Source: Vicinamibacterales bacterium (lineage in GTDB: Bacteria > Acidobacteriota > Vicinamibacteria > Vicinamibacterales > JAMQPK01). Taken from it: a stretch of 64,000 bases of DNA. The position numbers and the translations under genes were made by a program. Below, piece by piece: positions 57,060 through 64,000 of this stretch. The DNA is taken from positions 936-64,935 of the forward strand of contig DASZHO010000046.1 of the NCBI GenBank assembly GCA_035937795.1, in the 5' to 3' direction. Numbering within the stretch: the stretch's first letter is position 1; the number at the start of each line of letters is the position of its first letter. The notes beneath the pieces are model-generated. The model did not search any database. It was given only the letters and a program-made list of their open reading frames with translations, and was not told the DNA's origin.

Positions 57060-57138
57060 ACACTCACCATACAACGACTCGATGCGCAAAGGCAACCAGG
57101 GCCGAACGAGACATGCCCAGATCGGTGACTCTCGACGT

Positions 57139-58638
57139 TCAGTCACGCAATTCAGTTTCCTTGATATGGTCGGCCACTCGCAGCGCTTGCGCGACGATCG
57201 TCAACGCGGGGTTCACCGCCGCGGACGAAGGGAAAAACGACGCATCGACCACAAACAGGTTCTCGACGTCGTGCGAGCGGCAGAAGGGGTCCAGCACCGA
57301 CTCGTACGGGCTGGTTCCGAAACAGAGCGTCCCGCACTGGTGCGTGGTGTTCCGATTCTTGTGCGAGTACGACATCACGACCCAGTAGCCGAGACGCCGG
57401 AGGATTTGTCTGGTCTCTTTCACGAGGCGTTGATGCGCCTTCATGTTGTTCGGATGATAGGTCAAACGGATGCGTCCGTCGGGCTCAACGGTGACCCGGT
57501 TGTTCACGCTGGGAAGGTCCTCGGTCATCACCAGCCAGTCGACGCCCCTGGAGACCCAGGACTCGTAGGCCCACAGCGGAATCCAGGGCGCGACCGTCTG
57601 CGCCATCACGGCGTGCGTTCGACCTTGCGACTGAATGTGCCCCAACGGGGAGTCTGTGCCCGGACCTCGAAAGTAGAAGTCGTTGATGGCCACCGTCTTC
57701 TGGAACACGGTTTCGTTCCGGCGAAATGGATGAAATCCCTCCATCATGGTCGCCAGATGCGCCATGTATCGGCGTCCGACGAGACCCGATGAATTCGCCA
57801 GCCCGTTCGGGTGGGCGCTCGTGGCCGAACGGAGCAGCAGCGCGGCCGAATTCACCGCGCCGCAAGCCACGACAAACAGCGACGCGTCCACCTCGACGGT
57901 CTCGCCATTGCGCTCCACTTCAACGGCGGCGACTTTCCTTCCAGATGGATCGGTGCGCAGCCGTCTGGCGTAGGCGTTGGTCCACAGCGTGACGTTCGGC
58001 CGCTCGAGGGCGGGGCGGACGCAGCACACGTCGGCTTCGCTCTTGGCGTGGAGCTTACAGGCAAACGAGTTGCAGGTATTGCAAAGGATGCATCCGTCGC
58101 GCAAGCCGAGCGGCAGGGGCGACGGATGAAGGCCTTGACGTCGCAGCCCATCGACGACATCCGAGATGCCCGCGGCGTGAGGGACCGGTTCGTGCGGAAA
58201 CGAACCCCGCGACGCTTCCGTTGGATCGGCGCCCGATTCCCCATGCACATGGTAGAGGCGCTCGGCCTGTTCGTAGAACGGCGCGAGCGTGTCGTAGTCG
58301 ATCGGCCAGGCCGGCGAGACTCCGCCCATGTGTTGAACTTCCTGAAAATCTTCGCGGCGCATCCGATAGAGCACGCTGCCCCAGAACTTGGTGTTCCCGC
58401 CCACGTTGTAATGCGCGTACGGCAGAAACTCGTGGCCGCGATCGTCCAGCCATCGCTCCTTGGTGCGATAGCGGAGCTCCTTCCAGACCGCCTCGGGATT
58501 CCAGTTTTCTTCTTCTTGCGCCACGAAATCGCCGCGCTCGAGGATGAGAATTCTGGCCGGACTGTCAGCCAGCGCGTAGGCCGCCGTGCCGCCGCCCGCG
58601 CCGGTCCCAATAATGACGATGTCGTAGCGGTCGTTCAA
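57139..58638 (-). CDS. GMC-family FAD-dependent oxidoreductase
   Basis: YDIVIIGTGAGGGTAAYALA (GxGxxG) and a C-terminal GMC pattern HQCGTLCFG...LFVVDASFFPSSAAVNP. TTG start overlaps the upstream stop (TTGA). Confidence 0.85.
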   Translation of the reverse strand: MNDRYDIVIIGTGAGGGTAAYALADSPARILILERGDFVAQEEENWNPEAVWKELRYRTKERWLDDRGHEFLPYAHYNVGGNTKFWGSVLYRMRREDFQEVQHMGGVSPAWPIDYDTLAPFYEQAERLYHVHGESGADPTEASRGSFPHEPVPHAAGISDVVDGLRRQGLHPSPLPLGLRDGCILCNTCNSFACKLHAKSEADVCCVRPALERPNVTLWTNAYARRLRTDPSGRKVAAVEVERNGETVEVDASLFVVACGAVNSAALLLRSATSAHPNGLANSSGLVGRRYMAHLATMMEGFHPFRRNETVFQKTVAINDFYFRGPGTDSPLGHIQSQGRTHAVMAQTVAPWIPLWAYESWVSRGVDWLVMTEDLPSVNNRVTVEPDGRIRLTYHPNNMKAHQRLVKETRQILRRLGYWVVMSYSHKNRNTTHQCGTLCFGTSPYESVLDPFCRSHDVENLFVVDASFFPSSAAVNPALTIVAQALRVADHIKETELRD

Positions 58639-59600
58639 AGCTGTTCCATGAGGCGCTGGTCTTCGACCGCCCGCTCGAGGCTCATCTCCGGGGTGCGGCC
58701 GGCCCGGATCGAGGCGAGAAAGTCGCCATACATCGCCCGGTAGCCGCGGATGTCCCGAAATCCGGGAAAGATGATGCGCGGAATGCCGTTTCCTCTCGCG
58801 AGCACGAACCCTCCGTTGGACTCGAACGTGATCACGCCCTTGCGGCCGGACAACGTCGACAATCGCAGCCCGTGAAGCAGCGATGGAATCTCTCTGGAGT
58901 AAAACAACGTGCCCACGGCGTCGTTGTCGTATCGAAAGGCCACCATCATGCTCTTGGCGCGCTTGTCAGTCCCGTTCGGCGAGACTGACGGGCGATACCC
59001 CTGAATCGTCGCGATCCGGGGGCCCAGGCTGCCCGCGAGATGCAGCCAGTGAACGCCTTCTTCGAAAAACGCGTCTCCGCCGGCCAGCGCCTCGTCGTTG
59101 CGCCAGTCATGAGCCGTCTTGAATTTTTTCGCAATCGTCGTGAACTGCGCAAACACCATTTCGCCGATGGTGCCTTCGGCAAGAAGCTTTCTCAGCGTAA
59201 CCGCCAGCGGCTTGTAGTGATCGTTTTCGCCCACGAGCACGACCCGATCGGCCCTGTCCCTGGCTTGGATGGCCGTTCGATAGTCTTCCACGCTCGGGAA
59301 GGCGGGTTTTTCCACGAGCACGTGCTTGCCCGCCCCCAACGCCTGAAGCGCGAGGTCCAGATGGAATCGCGGCGGCACCGCGATCACCACGGCGTCGACC
59401 CTTGGGTCGCCGATTGCCGCGGCATACTCGGAGTAGCTCTCCGCTCCGTTGTATCGCCGGCGGTAGTCGTCGGCCTTTGCGCGGTCGCGGCTTGCGTAGC
59501 TGCAGACGACGTCGCCGTTGAGGGACCGCAGATGGCGGCTGTGCACGGCGGTGATATAGCCGCATCCGAGGAACGCCAGGCGCAGTGGCTGTGGAGTCAA
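58635..59600 (-). CDS. Gfo/Idh/MocA-family NAD(P)-dependent oxidoreductase
   Basis: LRLAFLGCGYITAVHSRHL...HVLVEKP. Confidence 0.85.
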   Translation of the reverse strand: MTPQPLRLAFLGCGYITAVHSRHLRSLNGDVVCSYASRDRAKADDYRRRYNGAESYSEYAAAIGDPRVDAVVIAVPPRFHLDLALQALGAGKHVLVEKPAFPSVEDYRTAIQARDRADRVVLVGENDHYKPLAVTLRKLLAEGTIGEMVFAQFTTIAKKFKTAHDWRNDEALAGGDAFFEEGVHWLHLAGSLGPRIATIQGYRPSVSPNGTDKRAKSMMVAFRYDNDAVGTLFYSREIPSLLHGLRLSTLSGRKGVITFESNGGFVLARGNGIPRIIFPGFRDIRGYRAMYGDFLASIRAGRTPEMSLERAVEDQRLMEQL

Positions 59601-59865
59601 CGAAGATAGATTCTACCTTCGCCACCGATTTGTCTAACCAGCGCCACACTTCTGCAACAGGCTGCAACAACAATACGAAGAGAGCCATGGCCTGGTGGAT
59701 CGTCGTGCTGTTTGTGAATGCCGGCGCGTATTCGTGGAACTTCGTGGTGAATCGGTTGAGTGGCCGCCGTGTGCTCGAGCTGCTCGGTTTCCCCCGCCGA
59801 GACTCACCGTCAGCTGTCTCTGAACGGCCTGGCCGCAACGACGACGCTTCGAGCCTTTAACGTCT

Positions 59866-59956
59866 ACTTTCCACTTTCCACTTTTTACTTTCCACTTTCC
59901 ACTTTCCACTTTCCACCTTCCACTTTTTACTTTCTACTTTTTACCTTTTACTTTCC
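59866..59956 (+). repeat. Heptanucleotide tandem array B: 13 perfectly phased units, 91 bp, no G on the + strand
   Basis: ACTTTCC ACTTTCC ACTTTTT ACTTTCC x4 ACCTTCC ACTTTTT ACTTTCT ACTTTTT ACCTTTT ACTTTCC. It ends at the base before the efpL-like stop codon (59957-59959). Confidence 0.95.
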
Positions 59957-60532
59957 TCAAGCTCTGCCCGCAAACTCCCGTGTCTCGGTGTGCACTTTCA
60001 CTTTCTCGCCTTCCTTGATGAAGAGCGGCACCTGAATCTGCAGCCCGGTCTCCAGCGTGGCGAGCTTGGTCACGCTCCCGCTGGCCGTGTTGCCGCGGGC
60101 GCCCGGTTCGGTCGAGGCGACTTTCAACTCTACGTGCGGCGGAAATTGCACGCCGATCGGGTTGCCGTTGAACTTCTGCACCTGGACGACGAGGTTGTCG
60201 ACCAGCAGCAGGCGATCCTCGCCCAGCATGTCGTCCTGGAGCGTCAGCGTGTCGAACGAATCCTGATCCATGAAGTGAGAGCCGCCGCTGTCGCTGTAGA
60301 GGTACGCGGCGTCGACCGAGACGAGATCCGGCTCCTCGAATTTTTCGGCGGCTTTGAACGTCTTGTCGAACACCGCGCGGGTCAGCAGGTTCCGCATCTT
60401 GATGCGCACCAGAGTCTGCCCGCCCCGGGCCGTCGGCCGCGACACTTCCACGTCGAGGCAGTGATACGGCGCGCCTTCGTACTCGAAATACATCTTCCGC
60501 TTGATATCGAGCGCTTCAATCAGCGAGGCCAT
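59957..60532 (-). CDS. efpL: Elongation factor P-like protein (EfpL/YeiP type)
   Basis: 191 aa. The loop [18 protein letters not shown] and the C-terminus [15 protein letters not shown] resemble E. coli YeiP (SPTARGAATLYKMRF ... RIHIEERRYMGRAD, from memory) rather than the canonical EF-P KPGKGQA loop. Confidence 0.8.
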   Translation of the reverse strand: MASLIEALDIKRKMYFEYEGAPYHCLDVEVSRPTARGGQTLVRIKMRNLLTRAVFDKTFKAAEKFEEPDLVSVDAAYLYSDSGGSHFMDQDSFDTLTLQDDMLGEDRLLLVDNLVVQVQKFNGNPIGVQFPPHVELKVASTEPGARGNTASGSVTKLATLETGLQIQVPLFIKEGEKVKVHTETREFAGRA

Positions 60533-60551
60533 AGGGCAGCCATTGTAGTAA

Positions 60552-60633
60552 GTAAAAACTGAAAAGTTGAAAGTTAAAAGTGGAAAGTTGAAAGTTAAAA
60601 GTTAACTTAAAAGTTGAAAGTTAAAAGTGGAAC
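60552..60633 (+). repeat. Heptanucleotide tandem array C (about 12 units), inverted relative to arrays A, B and D
   Basis: GTAAAAA CTGAAAA GTTGAAA GTTAAAA GTGGAAA GTTGAAA GTTAAAA GTTAACT TAAAA GTTGAAA GTTAAAA GTGGAAC. It begins 19 nt upstream of the efpL-like ATG and spans the GNAT stop (60621-60623). Confidence 0.9.
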
Positions 60634-61109
60634 TGCAAGTCCAGCTCCAGATAGACAGCGTTTGCAATGGGACTGACGTAGTACGGCGGGATGTTCCGGA
60701 AGCCGACCGAACGGTACAGGGCAATCGCGTGATCCATTATTCCGGAGACGGTATCGAGCCGCATCGCGGAATAGCCGGCGGAACGTGCTTCGGCGATGAG
60801 GTGGATAACCAGCTTCAAACCGAGGGCGCGTCCGCGGAATTCCGGCCTGATGTAGAGCCTCTTCATTTCACAGATTCCTTCCTCGAGCTTCTTCAACGCA
60901 ATGCACCCAGCAGGCCTGCCATCGACCTCACACAAAATCAGTCGTCCGTCAGGTGGTGCGTACTCGCCGGGCAGCCCTCGCAGCTCCTGGTCGAACTGTT
61001 GAAAGCAGAGGCTGAAGTTCAGCGAGCCGGCGTATTCCAGAAACAGCAGACGGATATCCTCGAGCCGGGGCCCGGAATCGACGGCGACGAATGTCACCTG
61101 CGCGGACAT
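60621..61109 (-). CDS. GNAT-family N-acetyltransferase
   Basis: Motif A region LYIRPEFRGRALGLKLVIHLIAEA. The last 3 codons and the stop lie in array C. Confidence 0.8.
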   Translation of the reverse strand: MSAQVTFVAVDSGPRLEDIRLLFLEYAGSLNFSLCFQQFDQELRGLPGEYAPPDGRLILCEVDGRPAGCIALKKLEEGICEMKRLYIRPEFRGRALGLKLVIHLIAEARSAGYSAMRLDTVSGIMDHAIALYRSVGFRNIPPYYVSPIANAVYLELDLQFHF

Positions 61110-61119
61110 GCCCGGATGG

Positions 61120-62016
61120 TTACCGCAGGAGGTCCATGTCCTCAGCGGTCAGCCTGAGGCCCGCGGCGGCAACATTCTCTTCAAGATGGCGTACCTTGGA
61201 TGTGCCGGGAATCGGCAGCATCACGGGGGTGCGCGCCAGGAGCCAGGCGAGCGCGATTTGCGAGGGGGTCGCACCGAGGCGTTTGGCGATCTGCGCGACG
61301 ATCGCGGTCCGGCGATCGCTTCGTCCGAGTAGTGAACGCGCGAAATGCCCCAGGCCGGTTTTCGCGACGTTTCCCGCCTGCAGCGGAGACCACGGTATGA
61401 AACCGATCCGCTGCCGATCGCAATAGTCGACGACCGCCTCCCACGAACGGTCGGCGACGTTGTAGCGATTCTGCACCGAGACAACGGGAAAGACCTTCTT
61501 TGCACGCTCGATCTGTTCCACCCCTACCTCGGAAAGCCCGATGTGCCGAATCTTTCCTTCGCGCTGCGCGCGCTGAAGAAAGCCAAACTGTTCTTCCTCC
61601 GGCACGTCGGGATCGATTCGATGAAGCTGAAAGAAGTCGATGCGCTCGAGCCGCAGCCGGCGAAGGCTCCCTTCGAGCTCCTCGCGCAACCGCTCCGGAC
61701 GGCAGTTGACTTCCCAGCGATCCGGCCCCGGCCGATCTTGGCCTGCCTTGGTGGCAATCACCAGCCCGCTTGGATAGGGAAACAGTGCCTCGGCAATCAG
61801 CTCTTCGCTGACATGAGGACCGTACGACTCGGCCGTATCAATCAGGTTCACGCCCAGATCAACCGCCCGGCGAAGGGTTGCGATCGCCTCCGCACGATCC
61901 TGGGGCGGACCCCACACGCCCGGCCCGGCGATGCGCATTGCACCGAATCCGAGCCGGTGGACGGAAAGGTCACCGCCGAGGAGAAAAGAGCCGCTGAATG
62001 AGGCGTTTGGTTCCAT
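61120..62016 (-). CDS. Aldo/keto reductase
   Basis: GFGAMRI...[11 protein letters not shown]...HRIDPDVP...GLSEV...QNRYN...PWSPL. Confidence 0.85.
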   Translation of the reverse strand: MEPNASFSGSFLLGGDLSVHRLGFGAMRIAGPGVWGPPQDRAEAIATLRRAVDLGVNLIDTAESYGPHVSEELIAEALFPYPSGLVIATKAGQDRPGPDRWEVNCRPERLREELEGSLRRLRLERIDFFQLHRIDPDVPEEEQFGFLQRAQREGKIRHIGLSEVGVEQIERAKKVFPVVSVQNRYNVADRSWEAVVDYCDRQRIGFIPWSPLQAGNVAKTGLGHFARSLLGRSDRRTAIVAQIAKRLGATPSQIALAWLLARTPVMLPIPGTSKVRHLEENVAAAGLRLTAEDMDLLR

Positions 62017-62127
62017 GGTCGCTGTGAATCAGGCCCGCATCGCGAAGTCTAGCAACGACGCTGTTTGAGCTCAAAGTTCCCGTCGATTCCCGCGGCGCTT
62101 CCGGCCTCGCGCTAGAATCATCTCAGC

Positions 62128-63270
62128 TTGACCAACCGCGAATCCTACCCGGCCGCCCGCATCGTCGCGCCAAAAGTCCACGCACATTTCTTCCGGCATC
62201 TCGATGCGGCGCGGCGGCGGGGGGTCACGTCTGTGGCGGCGCTGCCCGATGCGAGTGTAATCGAGCGGCTGATCAACGCCACGTTCTGGGCGAGCCTTCG
62301 CCGCGAGGAAGGGTACGTCCCCAAGATCTCCATTGCGTATCTGCCTCCGGAGCACGACGCCGGGCGGCTGTTGTTCGAGCATTCTCTGCCGCTCGAGCCT
62401 GGCGCGCTGGCGAAGGTGGCCCCCATCGTGGAGCGGGCGGGGATTCACCTCGGCGTCTGGCACCAGGGCGACGAGCTGCGCGTGTGGGGGACCACGCACA
62501 CGATTCCGACCTTCTGCTTCGTCGTGGAGGTGGTCGACCCAGGGCTGCTCGTCATCAAACACCATCGCGGGGAGAAGTCGGGGAAGTACGTCAACGTGGC
62601 CGTCCTCGAAGGCGATCAAATCAAAGTCGTCGACGAACACGCATCGAGCTTGCCCGATTGCCCGGAGCTGGTCACGTCGCTGCTCGGGTTTGATTCGCCC
62701 GCGTCGTGGATCGATTCCGTCAATGTGCTCGTGCAGCTGGCCGTCTCGATGCGCGCGCACGGCCGCGGCGGGTCGCTCCTCGTGGTGCCGGAGGGCACCG
62801 AGAGCTGGCGCCAGTCGATGGTGGACCCGATCGTGTACTCGATCGCTCCGCCGTTTCGCGAGCTTGCGATGCTGATGCGCGAAAGCGGCGACGGCCGCCA
62901 GGCGCAAGTGTGGCAGGAAGCGCTGGGCGAAACGGTGGATGCGATTGCCGGGCTGACGGCGGTCGATGGCGCGACGGTGATTACCGATGCCTACGAGCTG
63001 CTCGCGTTCGGCGCGAAGATCGCCCGCAAGCGCGGCTCCACGCCGGTGGAACAGGTGACCATTACCGAGCCGATCGAAGGGGGCGTGCCGGTGACGATGA
63101 CCTCGGCGGAGCTTGGCGGGACGCGCCATCTCTCCGCTGCGCAGTTCGTGCACGATCAGCGCGACTCGATTGCCCTGGTGGCCTCGCAGGATCGCCGCTT
63201 CACCGTGTTTGCGTGGTCGCCGTGCGAGGAACGCGTTCACGCGCACCGCGTCGAAGCCCTGCTGCTTTAA
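62128..63270 (+). CDS. Diadenylate-cyclase (DAC/DisA_N)-like domain protein with ~200-aa uncharacterised N-terminal domain
   Basis: C-terminal half: GGSLLVVPE, AVDGATVIT (DGA at 62965-62973), GGTRHLSAAQF (RHL at 63124-63132, where canonical DACs have RHR), SIALVASQDRRFTVFA. TTG start is uncertain. The overlapping minus ORF 62071..63246 is rejected. Confidence 0.65.
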   Translation: MTNRESYPAARIVAPKVHAHFFRHLDAARRRGVTSVAALPDASVIERLINATFWASLRREEGYVPKISIAYLPPEHDAGRLLFEHSLPLEPGALAKVAPIVERAGIHLGVWHQGDELRVWGTTHTIPTFCFVVEVVDPGLLVIKHHRGEKSGKYVNVAVLEGDQIKVVDEHASSLPDCPELVTSLLGFDSPASWIDSVNVLVQLAVSMRAHGRGGSLLVVPEGTESWRQSMVDPIVYSIAPPFRELAMLMRESGDGRQAQVWQEALGETVDAIAGLTAVDGATVITDAYELLAFGAKIARKRGSTPVEQVTITEPIEGGVPVTMTSAELGGTRHLSAAQFVHDQRDSIALVASQDRRFTVFAWSPCEERVHAHRVEALLL

Positions 63271-63278
63271 CTAAGGTC

Positions 63279-63313
63279 ACTTTCCACTTTCCACTTTCTA
63301 CTTTCTACTTTCT
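63279..63313 (+). repeat. Heptanucleotide tandem array D (5 units)
   Basis: ACTTTCC ACTTTCC ACTTTCT ACTTTCT ACTTTCT. It fills most of the 34-nt gap between convergent stops at 63268-63270 (+) and 63305-63307 (-). Confidence 0.9.
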
Positions 63314-64000
63314 TCCTGTCATCCTGAACGTTTCCCACGAGCCAACCGTCGTGCGAGTCACAGTCATGGCTCCGCCGCCGCCAAGCTCGGCCGACACGAA
63401 GTAGCCCAGCGAGCTGCGCAGCGCGATCCGATCGCCGTATCGCACCAACCCGCCAGGACGATCGACGTCTACCAGCGTAAACGTCTCCCAGGCGCCAGGG
63501 GCGAAACCGATCGCCGCCATCGGCCCGTTGCCGCCTTGATCGGCTTGCAGATACAGGCCTCCTGAGGTCTGCAGCGCAACCGGATCGCCATCTCGCAACA
63601 ATCCGCCGTTCATATCGAGCAGGTCGAACGTTTCCCACGCGCCTGCGGCCGAGCGTGTGGCGTTCACCTCTCCGCCGCCGCCGCGCTCGGCAGAGACGAA
63701 ATCTCCTGCGGCGCTGAGGAGATTCACGGGAACCAGCTGCAGCGACTGTCCGGTAGCCCGGTTGCGATAGTCGACATACGCGGGCCGATTGCTGCCGTCG
63801 GTCCTCACGAGATTCGCCGCGCAGTTCGTGTACGCATCCCACAGGTAGTAAATGAAAACCTTTGTCCAGTGGTGCGCCGCGCTGCCATAGTCAAACGTGT
63901 TCACGATGTAATCGATCCAGTTGCGCTGTTCCGTGTCGCTGCAGGTGTTGTCGCCCGTCTCGGTCAGCCACACCTCCTGTCCGCGGCTCTTCGCATCGAG
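63305..64000 (-). CDS. Glycoside-hydrolase-like protein with C-terminal fascin-like beta-trefoil repeats; 5' end beyond the right edge
   Basis: The frame stays open to position 64000 (LDAKSRGQEVWLTETG upstream of the listed M). EVWLTETG resembles a clan GH-A nucleophile motif. There are three repeats of the form G.FVSAE.GGGG......R......WETF. Confidence 0.65.
   Translation of the reverse strand, partial: LDAKSRGQEVWLTETGDNTCSDTEQRNWIDYIVNTFDYGSAAHHWTKVFIYYLWDAYTNCAANLVRTDGSNRPAYVDYRNRATGQSLQLVPVNLLSAAGDFVSAERGGGGEVNATRSAAGAWETFDLLDMNGGLLRDGDPVALQTSGGLYLQADQGGNGPMAAIGFAPGAWETFTLVDVDRPGGLVRYGDRIALRSSLGYFVSAELGGGGAMTVTRTTVGSWETFRMTGRK

Noticed and set aside
59634-60035. ORFs 59634..59909 (-) and 59760..60035 (+), and likewise 52783..53133 (-), giving [16 protein letters not shown] or [13 protein letters not shown] peptides
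   Set aside because: These are simply translations of the heptamer arrays. The periodic peptides arise from a 7-bp unit read in rotating frames, so they are not credible proteins.
62071-63246. Minus ORF of 391 aa overlapping the DAC-like gene
   Set aside because: Arg/His/Gly-rich with no motif. The + frame carries ordered DAC-like motifs (DGA, GTRH). Confidence is not absolute; see the corresponding finding.
52785-63313. Heptamer arrays considered as CRISPR or another spacer-containing array
   Set aside because: The unit is only 7 bp, with no unique spacers, no cas genes and no leader, so this is not CRISPR. There are also no flanking terminal inverted repeats or target-site duplications that would support a MITE.
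1-64000. Search for transposases, integrases, phage genes, reverse transcriptases, rRNA and tRNA
   Set aside because: None recognised by eye in any frame. The apparent accessory patches (two VapBC modules, a low-GC orphan gene) have no associated mobility genes in the window.

Overview
Densely coding 64-kb chromosomal segment, about two-thirds G+C by eye. The gene content (PEGA protein, carboxypeptidase-regulatory-type TonB receptor, cytochrome c fused to beta-propellers, many periplasmic redox and metal proteins) suggests an Acidobacteriota-like soil bacterium; this is inference only. I support about 57 protein-coding genes. All domain calls come from reading motifs in the translations, with no searches run. 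I saw no rRNA, tRNA, CRISPR array, transposase, integrase or phage genes. Content, left to right: a truncated AfsR/SARP regulator; VapBC; a 1604-aa secreted DUF4082/Ig/Fn3/cadherin-like protein; MlaEFD; a PQQ-like propeller; an SF1 helicase; a di-haem oxidoreductase; an orphan NarL-type response regulator. Next comes a metal/redox island (PepSY-TM, ApbE-DUF2271 fusion, spermidine-synthase-like membrane protein, DUF1326/DUF2182, CusF-like protein, TonB receptor, small Cys/His protein). Then a sigma/anti-sigma/DUF4139 trio; a lactonase; a di-haem cytochrome c; a divergent pair of PEGA pseudo-receiver and coiled-coil PilZ protein; Csp; a lytic transglycosylase; a PQQ dehydrogenase with the lanthanide-type DYD motif plus cytochrome c and a binding protein; YciH; an M16 peptidase; a second VapBC; GMC and Gfo/Idh/MocA oxidoreductases; an EF-P-like (EfpL/YeiP-type) gene; GNAT; an aldo/keto reductase; a diadenylate-cyclase-like protein with an uncharacterised N-terminal domain; and a truncated glycosidase with fascin-like repeats. 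The most unusual signal is non-coding. Four AT-rich tandem arrays of a heptanucleotide (ACTTTCC and variants) lie in the last 11.5 kb. All sit on or against stop codons, and two of them in inverted orientation bracket the EF-P-like gene exactly. An iteron-like 5x GAAAGCCGATG array in a divergent promoter shares the GTGGAAAG core with them. I cannot name a complete new multi-gene system with confidence; the candidates are ranked in the findings.
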